Below, piece after piece: positions 61,601 to 64,000 of a DNA stretch of 64,000 bases (positions within the stretch are counted from its first letter, which is position 1; each line of letters starts with the position of its first letter). The translations under genes were made by a program, and so were the position numbers. This DNA comes from Macrostomum lignano (Eukaryota), in contig NIVC01000035.1 in assembly GCA_002269645.1 (NCBI GenBank), positions 620,001 to 684,000 of the forward strand. The letters run 5' to 3'. The notes beneath the pieces were generated by a model. The model was given only the letters and a program-made list of their open reading frames with translations. It ran no database searches and was not told the origin of the DNA.

Positions 61601-63022
61601 CTCCCGTCCCTCTCACCCACCTCACTCCGTCCCTCACATCCACATCACTCCCGTCCCTCTCACCCACCTCACTCCCGTCCCTCACATCCACATCACTCCC
61701 GTCCCTCTCACCCACCTCACTCCCTTCCCTCTCACCCACCTCACTCCGTCCCTCTCACCCACCTCACTCCCGTCCCTCTCACCCACCTCATTCCCGTCTC
61801 TCTCACCCACCTCACTCCCGTCTCTTTCACCCACCTCACTCCCCGTCTCTCTCACCCACCTCACTCCCGTCTCTTTCACCCACCTCATTCCCGACTCTCT
61901 CACCAGCCTCACTCCCGTCTCTTTCACCCACCTCATTCCCGTCTCTCTCACCCACCTCACTCCCGTCTCTTTCACCCACCTCACTCCCCGTCTCTCTTAC
62001 CCACCTCACTCCCCCGTTAGCACGACAGCACATGAACTCACCAGCTCCTGCACAGTGGTGTTCACTTTCAGCACCCTGGCAAGGCACAGCATGCCTTCCG
62101 CATCAATTCCGTTGCAAGTGAAATCGAGCTTAGTTACGTTGCTATTAACCTGCGACAAGTAAAGCAGTTATGATGACACAATGTTTAATAACTATTGAAA
62201 ACAAAGCCTATATCCGTGTACCATCCGGAATAAAAGGCAATCCAGACAGATCCCAAATTTTTCGATCTCATCTCACCCTGAGCGCCAGACTGACGGGCCT
62301 CAAAGATTTCGATCCCATGTAGCGATTCCTCAAGCTCAGCGTCTCCAACGACAAACCGTTGAGCACTCGGCCCTGCTCGGTGAGTCTCGACTCTCTGCAG
62401 GTGTCCAGATATACCGTCTGACTGCGGCTCAGCTGCTTCGGAGGCTCCCTGCCCGACATCAGAGCGAGCTCATCTTTTGTTCGGGTTCGACGCTCGCTCT
62501 TGAAACTGCAGCGCTCGGCCTGCTGCTCCTCCGCTGTATGTTGAGAAGGGGGTGATCGGAGTGTTCTTCAGAGTGTCTTCAGTGTGTTTTCTCACTCTAA
62601 TTCTCAATCTCCACCACTCGCTCTGTTTTTCAATCTCCCCCACTCGCTCTCCTTCTCAATCTCCCCCTCGCTCTCCTTCTCAATCAGACTCACTCTCTCC
62701 TTCTCAATCTCCCCCACTCGCTCTCCTTCTCAATCAGACTCACTCTCTCCTTCTCAATCTCCCCCACTCGCTCTCCTTCTCAATCAGACTCACTCTCTCC
62801 TTCTCAATCTCCCCCACTCGCTCTCCTTCTCAATCTGACTCACTCTCTCCTTCTCAATCTCCCTCACTCTCCTTCTCAATCTCCGTCACGCTCACCGCTG
62901 ACATCCAGATCCGTGTCAGACTCGTCGCTATTCAGAGGCGACAGGGTCAGCTTCATCATGGCCTCGGCGAAGATTGAATCATCGTGAATTGACGAACGGG
63001 CAGGTTCAGCTGCCTTTGCCAT
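55628..63022 (-). CDS. LRRC74A: LRRC74A/B-like RI-type LRR protein with C-terminal EF-hand-like region; exons 63022-62896, 62533-62277, 62149-62042, 61263-61170, 60553-60141, 59314-59222, 57940-57686, 56572-56460, 55987-55628
   Basis: N-terminal SDTDLD motif, YLDTC, repeated LRRs (NVTKLDFTCNGI, IGDKGSIAVADMMKAN, LDISWCR, LAWNGFGYEGALALAELLKGN), then DPMAQVVEYM...LLRTFDK and GDINYK. All junctions are GT-AG with matching phases. The last exon needs +1 nt near 55966 to stay in frame. Confidence 0.85.
56025..56362. repeat. 16-bp minisatellite (ACTCGAAACTTCTCAA), LRRC74 intron 8
   Basis: Direct inspection. Confidence 0.95.
56675..57650. repeat. 20-bp minisatellite (CAGGTAACACAACAGTCTAA), LRRC74 intron 7
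   Basis: Direct inspection. Confidence 0.95.
57985..59075. repeat. 14-bp minisatellite (GATTCAGAGGGGTA), LRRC74 intron 6
   Basis: Direct inspection. Confidence 0.95.
59327..60130. repeat. (GAGT)n microsatellite, ~200 units, LRRC74 intron 5
   Basis: Direct inspection. Confidence 0.98.
60563..61095. repeat. 7-bp (GATTGAT)n repeat, LRRC74 intron 4
   Basis: Direct inspection. Confidence 0.96.
61290..62015. repeat. 24-bp minisatellite (CTCACCCACCTCACTCCCGTCCCT), LRRC74 intron 3
   Basis: 8-aa periodicity. Confidence 0.93.
62600..62885. repeat. ~24-26-bp pyrimidine-rich repeat (CTCTCCTTCTCAATC core), LRRC74 intron 1
   Basis: Direct inspection. Confidence 0.9.
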
Positions 63023-63467
63023 TTCCAACGTAGTTGGTAAAACTTTTCTTGATTGGAATTTTGTCTGACAATTCCCTTCTAGCTTTTCAAAAGCTTGGAC
63101 AAATGCAAAGCAACAGTTTAATAAGGTGGACTGGGCCTCTGCTTCTGGGGGAACTCACTGGCCAATGAGAATGCCTGTGCCCGTATCTGGGCCTCCCTGC
63201 TCATTTATAGTGGCGCTTCCAACTCCCTCCCTCTGTTCTACATCTCTCAGCTCTCTGCCCATGCGCCCCCCACTGTATTTCTATAGTAACATTTAATTTT
63301 CCAAATGAAATGCTTCAGCATTGAGTGCGCAAGGCAAAAAAACCAGCGCACTAAACTGCAATTAGTAGAATGGTAGATTACGATAAAAAAGATGGGACTC
63401 AGGATTCTGTTCCTCCAAAGCTTCCCCAATGTTTGTCCATCGCTTCCACATGCTAGACGGGAAGTGC

Positions 63468-63600
<133 letters not shown>

Positions 63601-63881
63601 CCCGGCAATATCGGCTTCCATCGTTTTGGGCGATTTTAGTCTACCATATTTTCCTTTATGGCTTTTACCCTGTCCCTAACTGCTCTTCTTTTAGCAGTGG
63701 AGAACAATAAAACTGCTCCTATACAAAATGACCACTTTTTGTTGGGAAGCCGCGCCCCACTCAGGTTTACAATCAAGGGGGAAGAGAGACAGACAGAGCT
63801 GATGATGATGAAGGAACAACAGTGGGTAAAAATGAATTGAGTCTATAGTAAAGGGTTGTAAATTGTGCAGAGTACGCCCGC

Positions 63882-63895
63882 GCTACCATAGCAAC
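63882..63895. promoter_or_regulatory. X-box-like site upstream of the LRRC74-like gene
   Basis: Minus strand GTTGCTATGGTAGC (one mismatch), about 860 bp upstream of the ATG at 63022. Confidence 0.45.
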
Positions 63896-64000
63896 TTGCT
63901 ACTGACTGCGGACACTATCATTAGCGTGTAGCTTTAACAATTTCTCGCCTCACACTCTGCCCCCCCCAACCTCTATCACTAGGAGCAGTTATGTAGCAAA

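Overview
Eukaryotic (animal) genomic DNA, not prokaryotic: spliced genes with GT-AG introns, poly-Q/poly-A/poly-P proteins and about 40 unrelated tandem-repeat arrays. The style suggests the flatworm Macrostomum lignano, but that is inference and unverified. Gene models reconstructed by splice-phase matching: (1) 4-exon MANSC-domain/mucin-stalk type I membrane protein (514-7146, +); (2) a large low-complexity/coiled-coil protein gene (11230-23669, +) whose putative central intron contains (3) an intronless procollagen galactosyltransferase COLGALT/GT25 gene on the same strand (15896-17788); (4) an unidentified secreted pre-pro-protein with a furin site (26478-24203, -); (5) a 2-exon ataxin-1-like AXH protein (35959-40709, +); (6) a catalytically degenerate katanin/Vps4-clade AAA protein (50066-49053, -); (7) a 9-exon LRRC74-like LRR/EF-hand gene (63022-55628, -) with an apparent 1-nt frameshift in the last exon. 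Most long ORFs in the supplied track are artefacts of stop-free tandem repeats. No CRISPR array, rRNA or intact tRNA was found. Main observations: a dense in-frame cluster of RFX X-box palindromes inside a coding exon, plus X-boxes near two other probably ciliary genes; nearly every intron filled by its own distinct minisatellite; a 21-copy Pol III B-box array just upstream of the nested gene; a foldback-like pair of inverted minisatellite arrays; and a dispersed 45-bp satellite that reads as an LRR-like helix.
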